This document shows positions 60,750 through 64,000 of a DNA stretch of 64,000 nucleotides, one piece after another. Positions within the stretch are counted from its first letter, which is position 1, and every line of letters begins with the position of its first letter. The stretch comes from Hyphomicrobiaceae bacterium (GTDB lineage Bacteria; Pseudomonadota; Alphaproteobacteria; Rhizobiales; Hyphomicrobiaceae), in NCBI GenBank assembly GCA_046154585.1, contig JBJXDX010000157.1:34019-98018 (forward strand). The letters run 5' to 3'. Both the position numbers and the translations under genes were made by a program. Below the pieces are notes generated by a model. It ran no database searches. It was not told where the DNA came from and saw only the letters and a program-made list of their open reading frames with translations.

Positions 60750-63629
60750 ATGAGTCTGATCAACGAGATCGACTACGGCACGCCGAACTCCCAGTCGGAC
60801 AAGACCGTCACGCTCACGATCGACGGCGTCTCGGTTTCGGTGCCCGCAGGCACGTCTATCATGCGTGCCGCGATGGAAATGGGCACACAGATCCCCAAGC
60901 TCTGCGCCACCGACAGCGTCGCGGCCTTCGGCTCCTGCCGGATGTGCCTCGTCGAGATCGAGGGGCGGGCGGGCACGCCGGCATCGTGCACCACCCCGGC
61001 CATGAACGGCCTTGTCGTGCACACGCAGTCGAACCGACTGAAGCAAATCCGCCGCGGCGTGATGGAACTTTATATCTCCGACCATCCGCTCGACTGCCTC
61101 ACCTGTGCCGCCAATGGCGATTGCGAGCTGCAGGACATGGCCGGCGCGGTCGGCCTGCGCGATGTGCGCTACGGCTACGACGGCGCCAACCATGTGTTCG
61201 CAAAGCAGGACGGGAAGGCGAACCATGCATGGATGCCGAAGGACGAGAGCAACCCCTACTTCACCTATGATCCGTCCAAATGCATTGTCTGCAGCCGCTG
61301 CGTGCGAGCGTGCGAGGAAGTGCAGGGCACGTTCGCGCTGACGATTTCAGGTCGCGGCTTCGAGAGCCGCGTCTCGGCCGGCATGTCCGAGACCTTCCTC
61401 GACAGCGAGTGCGTCTCCTGCGGCGCCTGCGTGCAGGCCTGTCCGACGGCGACGCTGAGCGAGAAGGCGCTGATCGACATCGGCCAGCCGGAGCACTCGG
61501 TCGTGACGACCTGTGCCTATTGCGGTGTGGGCTGCTCGTTCAAGGCCGAGATGCGCGGCGAGGAAGTCGTGCGCATGGTGCCTTACAAGGACGGCAAGGC
61601 CAATCGCGGCCACTCGTGCGTGAAAGGGCGGTTCGCGTGGGGCTATGCCACGCATAAGGAACGCATCCTGAAGCCGATGGTGCGCGACAAGATCACCGAT
61701 CCTTGGCGCGAGACGACCTGGGAGGAGGCCATCGGCCGTGTCGCCTCCGACTTCCAGCGCATCCAGTATCAATACGGCCGCGATGCCGTGGGCGGCATCA
61801 CGTCGTCGCGCTGCACCAACGAGGAGACCTTCCTGGTGCAGAAGCTGATCCGGGCAGGTTTCGGCGTGAACAACGTCGATACGTGCGCGCGCGTGTGCCA
61901 CTCGCCGACCGGCTACGGCCTCAAGACGGCGTTCGGTACATCGGCCGGCACGCAGGATTTCGACTCCGTCGAGCATTCGGATGTGATGATTGTGATCGGT
62001 GCCAATCCGACCGACGGTCATCCGGTGTTTGCCAGCCGCATGAAGAAGCGTCTGCGGGAGGGCGCGAAGCTCATCGTCATCGATCCGCGCCGCATCGATA
62101 TGGTGCGCACGCCGCATATCGAAGCCTCGCATCATCTCCCGCTGACGCCTGGCACCAACGTGGCGGTGCTGACCGCCATGGCGCACGTGATCGTGACTGA
62201 GGGGCTCGTCGACGAGGCATTCGTGCGCGAGCGCTGCGAGATGGACGACTTCCGCGAGTGGGCGGCGTTCGTTTCCGAGCCCCGCCATTCGCCAGAGGCC
62301 ACCGCCAGGTACACCGGCGTCGATCCGGTGGAGTTGCGGGGCGCTGCCCGGCTCTATGCAACGGGCGGCAATGGCGCGATCTACTACGGCCTCGGCGTCA
62401 CGGAGCACAGCCAGGGTTCCACGACGGTCATGGCCATCGCCAACCTCGCCATGGCGACTGGCAATCTCGGCCGTCCCGGCGTCGGCGTGAACCCGCTGCG
62501 CGGCCAGAACAACGTGCAGGGCGCCTGCGACATGGGATCATTCCCGCATGAGCTGTCCGGCTATCGCCACATCTCGGATGACGCCACACGCGCCATGTTC
62601 GAGGCGCTGTGGGGCCGGCCGATCAGCCCCGAGCCCGGCTTGCGCATCCCCAATATGCTGGATGCGGCTGTCGATGGCTCGTTCAAGGCCATCTACATCC
62701 AGGGCGAGGACATTCTGCAGTCGGACCCCGATACCAAGCATGTCGCGGCCGGGCTCGCGGCGATGGAATGCGTGGTGGTGCACGACCTCTTCCTCAACGA
62801 GACAGCCAACTACGCGCACGTGTTCCTCCCCGGCTCCACGTTCCTGGAGAAGGACGGCACGTTCACCAATGCCGAGCGACGCATCCAGCTCGTGCGGCGG
62901 GTGATGACGCCGCGCAACGGCGGCTATGCCGATTGGGAGATCACGCAGCTCATTGCGCAGGCGATCGGGCTCGACTGGGCCTACACGCATGCCAGCCAGA
63001 TCATGGATGAGATCGCCAAGCTGACGCCGACCTTTGCCGGTGTGAGCTTCAAGAAGATCGAGGACATGGGCTCCGTCCAGTGGCCGTGCAATGACGCCAA
63101 TCCGATGGGCTCGCCGGTGATGCACATCAACGGCTTTGCGCGCGGTAAAGGCAAGTTCATGCTGACCGAGTACGTGCCGACCGACGAGCGCACCGGGCCG
63201 CGTTTCCCGCTGCTGCTGACCACCGGCCGCATCCTGTCGCAGTATAATGTCGGCGCTCAGACGCGGCGCACCGACAACGTGCTGTGGCACCAGGAGGATC
63301 GTCTCGAGATCAATCCGCACGATGCCGAGCAGCGCGGCGTGAAGGAGGGCGACTGGGTGCGCATCGCCAGTCGCGCCGGCGAGACGGCGTTGCGCGCAGT
63401 GATTACGGACCGGGTGGCGCCGGGCGTCGTCTACACGACGTTCCATCATCCGCTGACCCAGGCCAACGTGATCACGACCGACTACTCCGACTGGGCGACC
63501 AACTGCCCCGAGTACAAGGTGACGGCCGTGCAGGTGTCGCCGTCCAACGGGCCGACAGACTATCAGGAGGAGTACGACGCTTTCTCCAAGTCGAGCCGGC
63601 GAATCATGCCTGTCGAGGCTGCCGAATAG
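60750..63629 (+). CDS. fdsA: NAD-dependent formate dehydrogenase alpha subunit (Mo-bisPGD, NuoG-like N-terminal Fe-S domain)
   Basis: 959 aa; 2Fe-2S and 4Fe-4S Cys clusters; Mo-ligand region CARVCHSPT (Cys, not Sec). Confidence 0.93.
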   Translation: MSLINEIDYGTPNSQSDKTVTLTIDGVSVSVPAGTSIMRAAMEMGTQIPKLCATDSVAAFGSCRMCLVEIEGRAGTPASCTTPAMNGLVVHTQSNRLKQIRRGVMELYISDHPLDCLTCAANGDCELQDMAGAVGLRDVRYGYDGANHVFAKQDGKANHAWMPKDESNPYFTYDPSKCIVCSRCVRACEEVQGTFALTISGRGFESRVSAGMSETFLDSECVSCGACVQACPTATLSEKALIDIGQPEHSVVTTCAYCGVGCSFKAEMRGEEVVRMVPYKDGKANRGHSCVKGRFAWGYATHKERILKPMVRDKITDPWRETTWEEAIGRVASDFQRIQYQYGRDAVGGITSSRCTNEETFLVQKLIRAGFGVNNVDTCARVCHSPTGYGLKTAFGTSAGTQDFDSVEHSDVMIVIGANPTDGHPVFASRMKKRLREGAKLIVIDPRRIDMVRTPHIEASHHLPLTPGTNVAVLTAMAHVIVTEGLVDEAFVRERCEMDDFREWAAFVSEPRHSPEATARYTGVDPVELRGAARLYATGGNGAIYYGLGVTEHSQGSTTVMAIANLAMATGNLGRPGVGVNPLRGQNNVQGACDMGSFPHELSGYRHISDDATRAMFEALWGRPISPEPGLRIPNMLDAAVDGSFKAIYIQGEDILQSDPDTKHVAAGLAAMECVVVHDLFLNETANYAHVFLPGSTFLEKDGTFTNAERRIQLVRRVMTPRNGGYADWEITQLIAQAIGLDWAYTHASQIMDEIAKLTPTFAGVSFKKIEDMGSVQWPCNDANPMGSPVMHINGFARGKGKFMLTEYVPTDERTGPRFPLLLTTGRILSQYNVGAQTRRTDNVLWHQEDRLEINPHDAEQRGVKEGDWVRIASRAGETALRAVITDRVAPGVVYTTFHHPLTQANVITTDYSDWATNCPEYKVTAVQVSPSNGPTDYQEEYDAFSKSSRRIMPVEAAE

Positions 63630-63634
63630 GGCCT

Positions 63635-64000
63635 ATGAGCGACGCGACCGTCTATAGGCAATCGTTGAAGGTTACGGCGCAAGCTGTCGTGACCCAGGAC
63701 CGCTGCGTGCCGCAGGAGGTACCGGTCGCGTTTGTCTATGATGGCTCGACCTACGCGGTGATGATGGCATCGCCATCAGACTTGGAAGACTTTGCGATCG
63801 GTTTCAGTCTGACGGAAGGTGTCGTTGCGACGCCCGATGAGGTGGAAAACCTGGAGATCGTCGAGCAGACGGGCGGCATCGAGCTTCGCATGTGGCTGGC
63901 GGCGCACCGGCGCCGGGATCTGGCGGAGCGCCGGCGGCGCTTGACGGGGCCGACCGGCTGCGGGCTGTGCGGCGTCGAAAGCCTCGATGCGGCCGTGCCT
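63635..64000 (+). CDS. fdhD: formate dehydrogenase accessory sulfurtransferase FdhD/FdsC (3'-truncated by window edge)
   Basis: MSDATVYRQSLKVTAQ...TGCGLCGVESLD FdhD pattern; runs off the end of the window. Confidence 0.75.
   Translation, partial: MSDATVYRQSLKVTAQAVVTQDRCVPQEVPVAFVYDGSTYAVMMASPSDLEDFAIGFSLTEGVVATPDEVENLEIVEQTGGIELRMWLAAHRRRDLAERRRRLTGPTGCGLCGVESLDAAVP

Noticed and set aside
60750-63629. Selenocysteine (in-frame TGA) in fdsA
   Set aside because: The Mo-ligand position reads CARVCHSPT with Cys encoded by TGC. There is no in-frame TGA and no SECIS-like hairpin, so this is a Cys-type FDH.

Overview
High-GC (~65%) alphaproteobacterial chromosomal segment, probably Bradyrhizobiaceae/Nitrobacteraceae-like judging by gene content and synteny. 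It is dominated by core housekeeping genes and several small accessory-looking operons. In order along the window: the 3' end of a nuo operon (nuoD' -nuoE-nuoF) followed directly by a threonine aldolase; gabD, rpiA, gor, a class II DAHP synthase, nadE, gltX, cysS, cimA, ilvC, leuA and tRNA-Lys(CUU); a Rieske-oxygenase operon; a MexEF-like RND efflux pair with a divergent TetR; a tctCAB tricarboxylate transporter; and a LysR gene ahead of a soluble NAD-linked formate dehydrogenase operon fdsG-fdsB-fdsA-fdhD(partial). No transposases, integrases, CRISPR arrays or obvious defence systems were seen. The most unusual sequence-level observations are: (i) two tandem degenerate tRNA-like elements upstream of ilvC; (ii) a 1-nt frameshift in fdsG inside a (GC)n tract; (iii) nuoG missing downstream of nuoF; (iv) an uncharacterised Rieske oxygenase / cytoplasmic SBP-like / Asp-Glu-racemase-family / MFS operon; (v) a Leu-rich leader ORF with a terminator-like hairpin ahead of leuA; (vi) an FAH-family hydratase co-oriented with a secreted astacin-like metzincin; and (vii) a LysM protein carrying ~105-nt tandem repeats. 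Many long antisense ORFs in the six-frame track are GC-driven artefacts and were not called.
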